64,000 nucleotides of DNA, from NCBI GenBank assembly GCA_964187785.1, contig OZ076409.1, positions 59,460,001-59,524,000 of the forward strand. The letters are read 5' to 3'. The translations under genes were made by a program, and so were the position numbers. Origin of the DNA: Amphiscolops sp. MND2022 (taxonomy: Eukaryota). Of the stretch, positions 50,136 through 63,140 are shown one piece after another. Position 1 is the first letter of the stretch. Each line of letters starts with the position of its first letter. The notes under the pieces were generated by a model. That model was given only the letters and a program-made list of their open reading frames with translations, had not been told where the DNA came from and searched no databases.

Positions 50136-50453
50136 AAATATCCGTTCTACTGTTGAACTATCGATATGTAGGTTTAGTTGATTAAACAATTAAACCTACG
50201 TATCGATAGTTCAGCAGTAGAACGGATATTTGTAATTGTAGAAATTGGTTCCCAGCAGAGATTTCTATAAATTTTCAACATTTCTGACGATCAAATTTTC
50301 TTGACAAGTTATAACTTGTCGAGAAAATTTGATCGTCAGAAGTGTTGAAAATTGATAGAAATTTTGAGTCACATACTTGCCAATTTAAATTCAGTTTCTT
50401 TGTTGAGTTTGTTTAGAAACTGAATTTCAATTGGCAAGTATGTGACTCAAAAT
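50136..50453. repeat. Three adjacent, mutually unrelated ~95-100-bp palindromes
   Basis: 50136-50231, 50261-50362 and 50361-50453, each with ~40-50-bp arms. Confidence 0.92.
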
Positions 50454-52769
50454 ACATCGAAATTGACTTCTACAAGTTAAGTTAAGCTTCTTCAACCTCG
50501 ACAGTGATTTTGTCCTCAATAAAGGGACATCGGGATGGCGCACAAGTAGTTTTTGCTAGAGAACAGTGAGAGGAAGCCGTTTCAAAATCATCATCAAGGT
50601 TTTTAAGTCTGATTTTGTCGACGTTTTGAGTTTTATCAATTTGAGCTGACTTCACTGTGTAAGAATGTGATACTTCTGGAAACACTGCAAAGAGAACAGA
50701 ATAGAACAAAATGCTTAGTATCCAAGAAAGGTGTCTAGATTTTCACTTTCTCTCATTATTTGGTGTCTCAAGGAAAAACAGTTAAAAAAATGAAAAAACG
50801 TTTGCTTTCTGATTTTTTCCCAAGGTTGATGACTAAACTGAGTTAACTTTTTGTCGCCAGACTTGAATGAAGCCTTACAATTCAATTGTTCTTCAGACGG
50901 TATTGTGACGCATACAGAAATTGATGAGTCTTCATTAGAAAAAACCAACTTTTTCGCAAATCAGCGGATATAAATGAAGTCAAAAAATGTCTTCTTTATT
51001 GAATCTTGTGATAAAACTGAAACTACGTAATCAAATGCTTTAAAATTATGGTTTTCAAATTAATTTCGTCTGGGATGTGATAAAGTTCCCACTTGTTAGA
51101 GTTCATATGGCATCTAATTGCAGCAGGGCTCTTACAGACCTGACCTGTTGTCTTACCAGCGGGCAAGAGCTCCCCCTTTCTGAAATAACATGTGACCAAT
51201 TAGCCATATGAGAGCTCAACGAAAGCTAATTGAAAGTAGTCGTGAAAGAAGCTGTGCGAGTTCATCACGTTCAAGTTCTGAAACCGATTGACGAGAGACT
51301 TCGGAAAGAAAATTTTATACCACTCAAGTATAAAATTGAGTATACGAATTTAGTATACGAAAAAGTTCTTTCTCCGGAACCATTTTTATTTTCATCCATA
51401 TTTCATATGGAACAACGTTCAATAAGGGACGAATTTGTAATCCAAGCGCCATTGTCAAGAAATTAACGGAGTTTTTTGAAAAACAGCTCGAACTGCGACC
51501 CTAATTGACAATAATCCAATTTTCTAAGATTTCTAATGTTTTAATGCAATATTTGTCTGATTTTCGATAGACGTGGTGGCTTAGGATGTTTAAAACGTTC
51601 ATCAAAAAAAATTCGTCGTCCGGGAGACTTTTGTAAAAAAAAATGAACGTACTTTTGCCATTAAAAAAAAAAGCTTCAAATCGCTTCAAATTTGCAATTG
51701 CGTGGATCAGATTGTTGAAAACGTTCTACAGCGAATGATTTCGTTGTCCAATATAGATGTTCGGGAAGATAAATGCACTTCCGTTTATATATTGCCACAA
51801 AATGACCCCGAAATAATCAGTAAATCCAAATTCTTTTCAACATTTTTGATTTTTTTAACGCAATTTTTGTGAAAGTTTCAAACTTTTCATAGATCATGTA
51901 TTACCGGTATCCAGTAGGCGTATTTGAAGAGACATCTGCAGTTTCTTAGAAAAATGTCTTAAAAAGACAGCAAAGTTGTCGAAAATTCACACTTTCCAAA
52001 TTTTGACGGTTTTAGTGACTTTTTGTGCAAAGTTATAAAAATTTGGTAGGTTAGGTTTTGGTATCCACACAGTCCGACAACAAAACAAATAGGTATCCAG
52101 TGTTTTCTTGATGTGTTTGCTAGTAAAATGGGATTACAGTAACCAAAGTGTCAAAACAAGATACTATGCATGATTATTCGTTGAGCCATACACTATTCTT
52201 CTAAAATATTGATTTCATGTAAATCACACTAAGACAATAATTGTTGTAAGCATGGGTTTCCTACTATGACCATAATTGGTTATAACATGGTGTATGTGCT
52301 CTCCGTATTATCGTTGAAACTAGAATCTTACGTTTTCCACCTGGATTGATCCTCACGACTGTATCAATCATGCCAATCAAAAAACCAAAGACTCCTAATA
52401 TGAAACGCATGTGTTCTCTTGATACGTGCTCAAATTTGCTAAGATTTTTTTGATCAACGCAAAGTTTAGTTAATCAGTGCGATTACCGAACTTGTGTCTC
52501 AAGAGCAGTTCAGTCGACTTTAAGAAGTTTTTCGGGTCTCGTTGAATCTGACGGAAAACGCAACAACGCCACCGTGCCTCTAGTCTACTAAACGTCAAAC
52601 ATTGTCACAAAATGAAAACTGTCGAAAAATTCTAATTAATCCATGAAGCAAGTCAGTGCTAGTATAACTTGGTTATTCAAACGAATAGTGCCGTTCTAAT
52701 AGCCTAAATAACTAAACGGGAAAGATTGTAATATTATGATCTTCTAATTGAATGTTATGTTTTCTACAG

Positions 52770-52972
52770 GAACGAACGATGAGTTGAAGCAGAACTACCG
52801 GACTTTAATCCACCAATCGAAAGCACAACAGAAAAGACTACAGCAGTATATGCAGCACTCGGAGAAGCTTATGATGATCATAGTAGAAGAGGCCCCCCAT
52901 CTGATGGCCAGAACCAAACAGATCAAAAAGAAAGACAGCATATACAAAGTGCAGCAGGAATACATTGCATCG
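52770..52972 (+). CDS. Host gene exon 8: coiled coil resembling the Rab11-FIP Rab-binding domain
   Basis: NDELKQNYRTLIHQSKAQQKRLQQYMQHSEKLMMIIVEEAPHLM versus FIP-type LEDYIDNLLVRVMEETPSIL; TTTTCTACAG acceptor, TCG|GTGATT donor. Confidence 0.75.
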
Positions 52973-53131
52973 GTGATTCATTCACGTTGCATCGATAATA
53001 CATTCATAATGCATTGATGAAACAATCATGTTGCATGGATTATACATCATTCATAATGCATGGATGATGCATTCATGTTGCATGATTGATACACTCATGT
53101 TGCATGAAGATACATTCATGTTGCATCGATA
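52960..53131. repeat. ~21-bp minisatellite (ATACATTCATGTTGCATGGAT-like)
   Basis: About 8 diverged units beginning at the exon 8 donor. Confidence 0.8.
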
Positions 53132-53379
53132 TTGGTCAAAAACATGGCTATAGCCGGCAAAATACTTTTCGAAATCGGAAAGAATTATTAGAAATCAAAG
53201 TACTGAACAAAAATGAGGAATTATTCCGAAAACGATGTGATTAGTTGCATCATTTATGAAACAGTAAATCTATGCAAAGAAAAGAATGCTTAACATGTAC
53301 TCATTTATTCAGCTCTATTCTAAATCACTTGAGAACGAATGCAAAGAAATCAAACTATTCAACACCGCGTAACATACCA

Positions 53380-54059
53380 TACCGGGCGAGACCAAAGGGT
53401 CCCCCTTTTCATTTTTTTTCGGCAATGCGCGACTTTTTTTTCGAAAAAAAAATTTTCCCCTAACGGTTCCCCCTTCAATTTTTTTTGCTGTTTTGCGTCA
53501 GAATGGATGTTGGAAAATCCCAAAGGATCCCCCTTACAGTTTTTTTCGGCACTGTGAGATTTTTTCCGAAAATAAAAATTTTTCCCATCTTCAATTTTTT
53601 GATGTTTTGCGACAGAATGGATGTTGAAAAACCCCAAAGGGTCCCCCCTTTTAGTTTTTCGGCATTGTGAGACTTTTTTTCCTAAAACTTTTTTCTCTCC
53701 AAAGGGTCCCCCTTCAATTTCTTTGATATTTTACAACAGATTGGGTGTTTAAAATTCCAAAGGGTCCCCCCTTTCAGTTTTTCGGCATTATGAGTTTTTT
53801 TTCGGAAACTTGTTTTTTTCTCCGAAGGGTCCCCCTTCAACTGCGACAAAAAATTTCGGGAGTGTCCCCCTTTTAGCGCGTCAGGGGCTCGCGCTAGCGG
53901 GCCCCGGCGCGCCACTCGGTCCATTTTTTTGAGTATGTAATTTTTTCGAAGAATTTTTGATTTTCGAGTACTGTAAAAGAGAATACTTGACACTTGGAAG
54001 ACTTTTTGCTATTTTTGAGCCTTGGATATGGCGCCGACTTGGGCCGGTCCCGGCTTGTT
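53380..54059 (+). mobile_element. DINE-1/Helentron-like element with expanded internal GGGTCCCCC subrepeats
   Basis: Right end GGCGCCGACTTGGGCCGGTCCCGGCTTGTT; ~120-bp internal repeats. Confidence 0.75.
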
Positions 54060-56030
54060 GAAACCAATTGTGATCTCGCTGCATCTATAACATAACCTCG
54101 ACGGTGCTTTTGTCCCCAAAAGAGGACAGCGATTTTTTTCACAATCAATAAAGTATTACGAAACGCAAAAAGCATATAGTAAAACGAAATTTTGTTTTTC
54201 TAATCAACAATCTATTGGACTACCTGGGGCGAGTTGTTATTTGTGTCAATAGAGTTTTTTTTCCGAACCACCGGCAAAAAGGTAACTAGAAAAAAGTGAA
54301 AATTTGCAAAAAAATACTTTTCAGAAAATTAACTTTTTCTCAATACCACAGCAACTGTTTGCTAAGTTACTGTCTCACTCTAGTAACACAGTTTGCCACC
54401 ATTGAGACCGTATATAGAAGTTTTTTTAATGAAGCTTCAGCGAACAGTTCGAGTGGCATTTGAAAGCTTAGGTAAAGGGCTTTCAGGAGCAGAAACCCGA
54501 TTTGAGCTGTCGCTATTATTCGAGGAGAAATTAGGCTTTGAAAAAATTTTTCCTATTTTTTGTCTTTTTTTCAACTTCTCGATGTACTGTCGAGGTTATA
54601 TGAGTTGAAAATAATCAAATCGCATTCGAGTGAAATCGTTTCGAAACTTTTTGAAACTAAATCGAATATTACTTTCCCGGTTGAAACTGCTTAAACTTAG
54701 TACCAAGTTTTGTAGGCTGTCGAAAATTTTTTAAATGATTTTATGAAACTCATAGAAACTTCCAAGCACTAAAATGTCAGTATTTTATTTGACTTTTATC
54801 CACCTCCCCAAGAGATGCATTTTGGAATTGGCGGAATTTCGGATCCATGAAGTTTTACAAGTTCTTCATTTCGATAGTTCTAACATCCAACGCAGCTGAG
54901 GCCTGGTCAATTTTACCGCCAATTTAATGCAGTTTTTTCTTCGGTCAGTCAAGATTTGAAGCAGTGCCATCTTCGGCGTGCTCTTTAACTGACATGGTTT
55001 TGTTAGTTGAATACTGAGAAACTAAGGTGTCGTAACGAAGTGATCACTGACTACAGTGTGCGACGTTGGAAATTTAGAAAACGACATTCAAATTTATTTT
55101 AGGAAGTTAGCGTTCTCTCTAAATCTTGATTCCAATTGGCTAATTCCATAAATTAGACAATAAAATTTAACAAAATAGATATTAAAGATTAGCGCATTTT
55201 GATATCAGGCTTTTGAAGAGGTAGAAAGATCAAAAATGACACCTCGCATCGCCGCAAACTTTCAATCTTAGTTCCGGTTGTCAATTTAAGAAGTGGTACG
55301 AGGGATTTTGAATGCCTATTTAGAAAATTTAAACTTTCACCAGATGGGTTCAGCGATCACTAATGATTTTGAATGTTGTCCTGCCAATTTTCAACGCCCG
55401 ACACTATTTAGTCATTTTAAGCGGCGATTTAAATTTTAATTCATCAAGTCAAATTTAGAAAATGTAAATTCCTACATTCAAGTGCTATACCAGCCAAGCC
55501 AATATAAATATTGGTTGTACGACTCGACTTTTGTCCTTGCTGGGCTCTTCGATCCCCTCCAGACCTGCCTTCGTTAAAACCAACTGTTGGACTAGTAGCG
55601 GCACGCCGCTCCGCATCGCTTCACTTTGCTCTGCATGTAGTGCACTAGCGGTTTGTGACTATAGTTGACTACGTTATACAAGTAATTTCGACACACATTT
55701 ATTCGATCCGCATAATATCTGATACACGTTTTCAACTGAATTGGTTAAGTGCGATTTTAAATTTCAAACAATCAGAATGCAAGGTGAACAAATTTTCTGC
55801 TGTTAGAGATCATTTTTCAGTTTCGACTGTTTGAGATTCGACGCATTGTGAATTCTCCAACCGATCGAGTCGGTGAAGAAATAGAAATATTTTCGGTTTT
55901 GATTGAAATAGTGGATGCTGCATTGTAATCTTAGAAGGAATCTCCCAGACTTTTCCTTGTTTTGGACAAACCCATCCTTGTGATATTCCATTTCTCAAAA
56001 AAATCAAGTTTCTATTTTTTCAAACTTTAG

Positions 56031-56166
56031 ATAAAGGCTTAGAGTTTTCCTTCTATATTCCTGCTGTTGAGTCATCGCGACAAGAATCATTGGACAAAGG
56101 GGTCAACGAAGCAGGAGGGGTGACACCCGTAGGGGGAAGAAAGTCCACTCTGAGAAGAAGCAGCCA
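56031..56166 (+). CDS. Host gene exon 9 (FSFYIPAVESSRQESLDKG...TLRRSS)
   Basis: CCA|GTAAGT donor, phase 2, matches the last exon. The acceptor at 56031 is phase 1; only the alternative at 56045 (phase 0) fits exon 8 directly. Confidence 0.6.
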
Positions 56167-56169
56167 GTA

Positions 56170-56250
56170 AGTTCTCACCGCGGCTCGAACCCGCGACATC
56201 GGACTAGTATCTCTATTACTTAATCGATCAGCGCAATCGCTTGAATCAAG
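56170..56250 (-). other. tRNA-derived (SINE-head-like) fragment
   Basis: Minus strand GATGTCGCGGGTTCGAGCC B box; no complete cloverleaf. Confidence 0.4.
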
Positions 56251-57074
56251 CCATATAATTTGCAATTAAAATCAAGTTTGAGAGAAGAGAAAACAAGTAT
56301 GGATAATGAGTTTGAAAGGCTTTAAACTCATTACGCTGATAAGATTTGAAAAGGTGAAAATTGTATTGTTTCAAAAATAAATGGAACTCATAGCGTGTAC
56401 TTACATAGTTTGGAAATTTTCTGGAATAATCACTTACGACACAATTCCGAAATTGTCTGCTTTGGAAAAATGTTGGTTAAATTGGAGCTTATTCGTCAGA
56501 AATGAGAAAAATTCGCTGGGGCTGATAATCAAAACTTTGAGTTCTTTTGACTAAATTGTTAAAATCGGCAAAAGAAAAAATACTTTTTGTGAGTTAAGGT
56601 TATAAAAGTCTGCTTTTGTGGGTTAAGGTTATAACTTGTATTGAGTTTGTTATTTTGAAGCTCTTCTACAAAGCCAAAAATGAAATTGATGCTGAAAACC
56701 CCCAAATTGAGTAAAGAATACCGGAAAATTCTTTCCAACCATATTTCAGTGGCATTTTGAATCTTTCAAATCTTTTTATGTTGAGTTCGGAGTTTTTATT
56801 TTGAAGAATTGAGCGTTTTCTTTACTTTTTGCAATTCATTATCTCACCAGGAGCCCATTCAATAGAGCATTTCTGTTATCATATTCATCTTTGTGTTTTA
56901 TAATTTCATCTTTGGAGTTGCCTTTCAAATTCGTTCTTAAAAACGGGGATGCTTTAAACTCCCTTGTGACAAAAATTGCGTTTGAATCAACCAAGCCTGT
57001 GGCATTTTTTTTGAAACAAAATGTAGATAAAGAAAATGGAATCAAAATAATTTGCTCACTAATGAAAGAGTTTA

Positions 57075-57940
57075 CCCAGTGTTCGAAGCCATGGTACCCT
57101 TGCCAAGATCCATGACAAGTTCCTTGCTAGCCTTTCCAAGATCTTGCCATGATCTTGCAAAGGATACCATGGCCATGCAAGATCGTGCAAAGGCTAACCA
57201 TGCTTAACTATGATCTTGACAAGGGTTCCATGGTACCATTAGCAATTCAGAGCTCTTATTTTTTTTCAGGAAAATTCAGAGCTCTTATTTTCAAATTGTA
57301 ACTAGTATCTAAAAATTTATTCGGACCAAAAAACAGATATGTATAGGGTTAAACAGAAGAAAAACTGATACTCAAAGACATTAAAGGAAAAATGTTTTTG
57401 CTCCGACCATTATAAATTTTTATTGCATTCTCCAACTTCAGTAATTAGAACTTATCGTTACCTCAATAGATAAGGTATTAGCATGATTTGCATAATTGTA
57501 AACAAATCACAGCTAGAAAAGTTGGTTTTCACACTGATATCGCAAACCCGCAAGTTGCAATAACTAGATTCGGAGTTTGCTTTGTATGATAATTTATGAT
57601 AGTAGTAACAATGTCGTGCTCTCAAGTAGCAAAACTCGGTCAATAGGTACAGCAAATTATTGAGCAACTTTTGGATAATTTTCAATTTAAAAATTATTTC
57701 CGATCAAAAAATGTTCTGTCCGAAGTTATTACAATGGCTAATTCAAAAATTGCAGACAAGGAATTTTTGCGAAAAGAATAAATTATGCACAATTATTACC
57801 AGCTTACATGTCTTACCATGGTTATCTTGTTAAGATCTTGCCATGATCTTGACAAGCGTTCCATGTATCATGATCGGCCATGATCTTGACAAGGGTACCA
57901 TGGTTAACCATGATTTAGCAAGATTTACCATGATCAATGC
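57075..57940. mobile_element. EnSpm-like family B, right end truncated
   Basis: CCCAGTGTTCGAAGCCATGG start and CATGATCTTGACAAG subterminal repeats shared with 59936-60476. Confidence 0.7.
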
Positions 57941-58246
57941 ATGCATTATAATCTTCGACTACGTGTAGCTTTCTTCTTTTTTGTAACATTTCTAAATGAA
58001 ATGTTAAAATTACAAGTAGGAAGTAAGTTATATTGGATAAATGGTAGTTATAACGTAGTTATAAAGCGCGGAGAGTCAGTTGACATTCAGAGCTTTTCAT
58101 ATCTAAGATATTCAATTCAGAAACCAAATGCCCGCGAAGCAACCAGTTTATTTCACCAAGGAATTATCCTAGAATCAACATACTTTTAGGGCTCGAGCGT
58201 AACAATTAAGTATGAAAGTTTTACGGAACGGTTTCAAATAGGAAAA

Positions 58247-59932
58247 CAGTCGAACGTCGGTTATCCGGAAGTCGATTAACCGGACACTCGATTAACCGGA
58301 CTGCGCTTAGGTGAATACATGTGATTTGTTTAATTCAGAAAATAGCAAGCAAGCGTTCTGCGCGGGGCATTGTTTCGATTACATGTACCATCGTTTGCTG
58401 TGTCAAATTGTTTACTCAATTAATTTACACTTGTTGCAATGAGCGGAACGCGCAAGAAACTTGTTTTATCGATCGATCAAAAGCTTGCGGTGATGACGCC
58501 AAATTATTGACTGCTGCAGCTATTTGTAGTAAATAAGGAATGGGAAAATCAACATTAATTGAAATTAAAGCATCGGAAATGAAGTTGGAGGCCTTTGTGA
58601 ATAAAAACCCGGCAATTCCGGATCGGGTATAGCTAAGACAATGAAACAAAAATCATATATGTTTATTTGAAGCTCTATCTATTTGGACGAGACAAATGCG
58701 CAAGAAAAACATCACAAAAACAGGACCTACGCATAGAAAAAAAGCTGTATTGTTATTTCCTCGTCTTTATGCAAATCAAGCCGCGGAATTCACACCTGGT
58801 ACAGGTTTTATTTGGCGGTTTTGCAAATGACACAATTTATCCGCAATCTCTGTTCAGGGCGAAATTATTTCAAACGCGACAGGAAGCATTAAACTGCCAT
58901 TGGAAAGTCACTGCGCCCTCGTGCTTTCAAAAACATCAAGAACGAAAATTTACCAGTTAAATTATTTGCCCAGAAAAATGCTTGGATGGGTTCCTAAATT
59001 TTTAAAGCCTGGTTTTTCGACCAATTTGTGCCTTCTGTTCGCCAAACCCAAAAAGCACTTGGCGACGAACCGAAAGTAATTTTATTTCTTGACAACTGTT
59101 CAGCGCATCCAGATGCTTCCGAAATTTCAACCGATGAAGGCAAAATCGTGGCATATTTTTTCCCGCCCAACGTTACATCAATTTTGCAACCAATGGACCA
59201 AGGGGTACTGGAAACACTGAAAAGACGCTATAAACGTGACCTAATGCGTTACATCGTTGTAGAGATCGATTCTAACCCAAACTTTTCGTGGGATCAATTC
59301 ATGAAATCTATAGACTTTTTAAATGTCATACGAATGATCAGCGCGGCTTGGGCACCTATCGAGACAACCCTTATTCAAAAGTCTTGGAAACACTTGGGTC
59401 TGAACAACGAATCAGAAAACACGCCAGAAGATAATGCCGAACCAGACATCCAGGCACTTCTCCATATTTTGGCTCCGGATGCGGATTTCGGGGTGCAAAT
59501 CGATTAGTGGCTATATGGGGATGCGGATGACCTAGGGTATGAATATCTTGATGATGAAGAAATTTTGGCACTTGTTGAAAGCCCTGATCAACCTGAAGAG
59601 TTATCTGATGATGATATTACTGAAATTCCAAATGAAACTGATAAGAAAACCATACCACATGCTGACTGCGGGCACTGTCCATGGCACTGGATTGGCTAAA
59701 CGAACAACCTGAAGCTACCTCATATAATTTATCTGTTTCACAATCCTCGAAAGAACTTGCCGCTTCAAAGCGGATGGAATGTCTTAAACAACCCAGACTT
59801 CAATCATTTTTTTGCAAATAAATTGAGTTTTTGTGCAATTCGTTTTTTGTCGATTGTCCGGAAAAATTGTTTATCTGGACCCTGGTCCGAAAATGAACCG
59901 CCCATTAGGTCCGGATAATCGAGGTTCGACTG
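58247..59932 (+). mobile_element. Tigger/pogo (CENP-B-like DDE_1) DNA transposon, decayed and internally deleted
   Basis: TIRs CAGTCGAACGTCGGTTATCCGGA / TCCGGATAATCGAGGTTCGACTG, then TA on the right; ILFLDNCSAHP...FFPPNVTSILQPMDQGV in ORF 59028-59507; N-terminal HTH remnants from ~58438. Confidence 0.92.
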
Positions 59933-59935
59933 TAT

Positions 59936-60476
59936 CCCAGTGTTCGAAGCCATGGTATCCTTGCCAAGATCCAAGTTCCCACTCGAGACGTTTTAGACGT
60001 TATTCCTATTGTTGTATTTCGTTCGATAATAAAAGTCAATGTAATGCAATACTGTATTCTTTCCGTGTGTATCGATAGAATGAAAAGGGATAATAGTATT
60101 ACATTATGGGTACATTGTATTATGTTATGTTGATGTCAGACGGTTACATAATCGTGTGACCTTTAATGAACAATATATTAGTAATAGTAAGCAGTATGCC
60201 ACACCCGTTTTGCATTTAGATATTACTCCGGAGACGTTATTCCCGCTCGCCGCTTTAGACGTTATTCCCGTTTTGCATTTAGATGTTATTCCTTAGACGT
60301 TATTCCCGGTCACCATGGTATTCCCAATTTCTATGCATTCATTGACTTGCCATGATCTTGACAAGCGTTCCATGTATCATGATTTGCCATGATCTTGACA
60401 AAGGTACTATGATTAACCATCATTTAGCAAGATATACCATGATCATTGCAAGAGACCCATAGCTTCCATCACTGGG
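59936..60476. mobile_element. EnSpm-like family B with both termini
   Basis: CCCAGTG...CACTGGG with 2-bp TSD AT; interior consists of TTAGACGTTATTCC-repeat sequence not present in the 57075 copy. Confidence 0.75.
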
Positions 60477-61185
60477 ATTAAACTATAAGCACGCAAAAGT
60501 TGGAAAAAAGCGTCACTGAAGGTTCTTTGAACTTTTTCTTTCCCTTGGAACATGGTCAAGAAAAATGAAGGATGAAAGTCCTGATTTCAAGACATGTTTC
60601 CACACAAAACAGACTCATTTTGATGCATTTTAGCATTTTTTGGGACACTTTTCTCAATAGGCACGTTCTGCAAAAAAAAATTAGGCATCTCCAAAAATAC
60701 ATATTTTTCAACCTGATACCCAGTATAAAGCGCAAGATTTATTTTTTCCTTTTTGAACATGGGCTAAAAAAACAAAGAATAGAATAATTTCTAAAGGGAA
60801 TGGATTTGAATGAAATTTGCACTTTCCTGGGGTACTCAAACAAAACCATAATTCTTGAGCTCGCGCGTAGTCAATTATATTGTGTTAAAATATTGGTTAA
60901 AATTTGTTTAATAACTGTACAAAAAGTTCCAAAAATGAATCATTTTTAATCATGTTACCTTGTCAAGATCATTGCATATAAAAGGGTTTGCATATACATG
61001 TAATTTCTTCGGAAAAATCTTTTTTTTTTACTATAAAGTAAGTGTACGACAAAATTGCCTTAAAAGAACTTGGTTGGGAGATTAATGACTCCAATTGCCA
61101 TGAAATGGCGATTTTTTTTCTTGAAATCACAAGGCCCGAAGAAGTTCATCGATATTGAAAAGCTTTAGAAATATTTTCATTTCAG

Positions 61186-61537
61186 TATATTCGGGATCTT
61201 AAGTCTCGAGACGGTGCGCAAATTTTCTCAAGTCACTATGATGCCGGTCAAAGTTATGGCCTATCAAATCGCAATGACCGATCTCACTGCCGATCACTGG
61301 ATGAGTCAGAACGAGGGTCGGGTCAATGTCAATTCCACTAGGGTACAAAACGCTCGAACTGTTACGAAAATGCAGCAAACGAAAATGTCACCTATTGGGG
61401 ATAGTTCCCCATATATTACACCTGTGAAAGAAAATTGGTCCTCCAATATGAATAGCACAAACTCGAATCCAAGTACCGTATCAGCGGTCAAACGGAAATC
61501 GGTTGTTAGTAGTCTGCTTTCTTACAGTGCAGAATAA
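61186..61537 (+). CDS. Host gene terminal exon (IFGILSLETVRKFSQ...SLLSYSAE*)
   Basis: TTTTCATTTCAG acceptor, phase 2, 352 nt open to TAA, with AATAAA overlapping the stop. Confidence 0.7.
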
Positions 61538-62103
61538 ATTTGGGCTAAGTTTCACAGAATATGAATTTTCATGAAAAAAATACTTCTATCAATTTTCACT
61601 CGATAAAATATTGTGTTTCCAATAATTCAATCAAAATTTGATTTTAAAAATGTAGAAAACTGACTTCGGTTTTTATAAAACGGACCAAATCAAAATTGAT
61701 TGTTTTGAGATGTTTCAGATTCCTTAAAAAATGATAGTTTTAGTTTTTTCCACGAGAAACAAAAATTTAAAACATTGTTTCATAAATGTTTTCGATGAAC
61801 TATAGCCCTCTAATTTATATTTGAAATGTTTGACAAACCAAGTTTTAGAAAATATACAATGTCATTGGCTTTGGATTTTCTTTCAAATTTCCCACTACGG
61901 ACAGAGTTTCAAAGCCAACTTTTTCCCGTTTTCCTATATCCCCGAGCACCCCCTCTATTTTAAATTTTTGTGAGAATATTATGTTGGGAATCTTGTAGAA
62001 ATTCATTTTTTGAAACAAGTTAGGGGAGGGTATTGGAAAAGAGCTGCTAACTTGGTCGATGGTGACGATATAGATTGGTTGCAGAAACACACAGCAACTC
62101 TCT

Positions 62104-63140
62104 TTTTTAGTCGGCGCTTTTCTAGAAAAAAGAGTTGACTATAGTCATGGCTTTTCGTCGGTGTTTTTAGTCGGCGCTTCATGAAGTGAAACGCGACTAT
62201 TATAGTGACTCTTTCTATCCACACATAGTGACTTTCTATCCACACGAACTGACCAAAATAGTTCTTAAAAGTTCTACCAAATATTATTGCACCAAATAGC
62301 ACCATTTGGCCTAGCGAACTGAACCAAAAAAGTTCTTCCTGTTTTTCCGCGTAACATAACATACCGGGCGCGACCAAAGGGTCCCCTTTTCATTTTTTTT
62401 GGCACTGCGACTTTTTTTTCGGAAAATTTTTTCCCCAAAGGGTCCCCCTTCAATTTTTATGCTGTTTTGCGTCAGAATGGATGTTGGAAAATCCCAAAGG
62501 GTCCCCCTTTCAGTTTTTCGGCATTGTGAAATTTTTTTTCGAAAATTTGTTTTTTCTACAAAGGGTCCCACCTTCAACTGCGACAAAAATGTTGACAATA
62601 TCGGAAGTGTCCCCTTTTTAGCGCGCCACTCGGTCCATTTTTTGGTTTTTCGATTTTCGAGTACTGTAAATTTACACTTGGAAGTCCTTTTGCTATTTTT
62701 GAGCCTTGGATATGGCGCCCACTTGGGCCGGTCCCGGCTTGTTAAAATATTTTTAAAAATTTCGTTTTCGATACACCTGAAGTGACCAAAATAGTTCTAC
62801 CAAAAGTTCCACAAAATTTTAAAATGCCATTGTTGGCCCAGGAAATTGAACCAAGAAGGTTTCCCGTGTAAAATACAATACCGGACGAGACCAAAGGGTC
62901 CCCTTTCAGTTTTTTTTCGGCATTGCGACTTTTTTTCGGAAAAAATTTCCCCAAAGGGCCCCCTTCAATTTTTTGGAGTTTTGCGACAGAATGAATGTTG
63001 AAAAATGCGAAAGGTCCCTCCTTTCAATTTTTTTGGCATTGTGAGACTTTTTCAAAAAAAATTCGGATGCTGTAGATATACTTTGAAACTTTGAAGTCCT
63101 TTTGCTATTTTTGAGCCTGAGATATGGCGCCGACTTGTTT
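62104..63140 (+). mobile_element. Nested DINE-1/Helentron-like elements (inner ~62164-62743)
   Basis: Outer halves match the intact copy at 31088-31558; the inner copy has both family ends. Confidence 0.78.
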
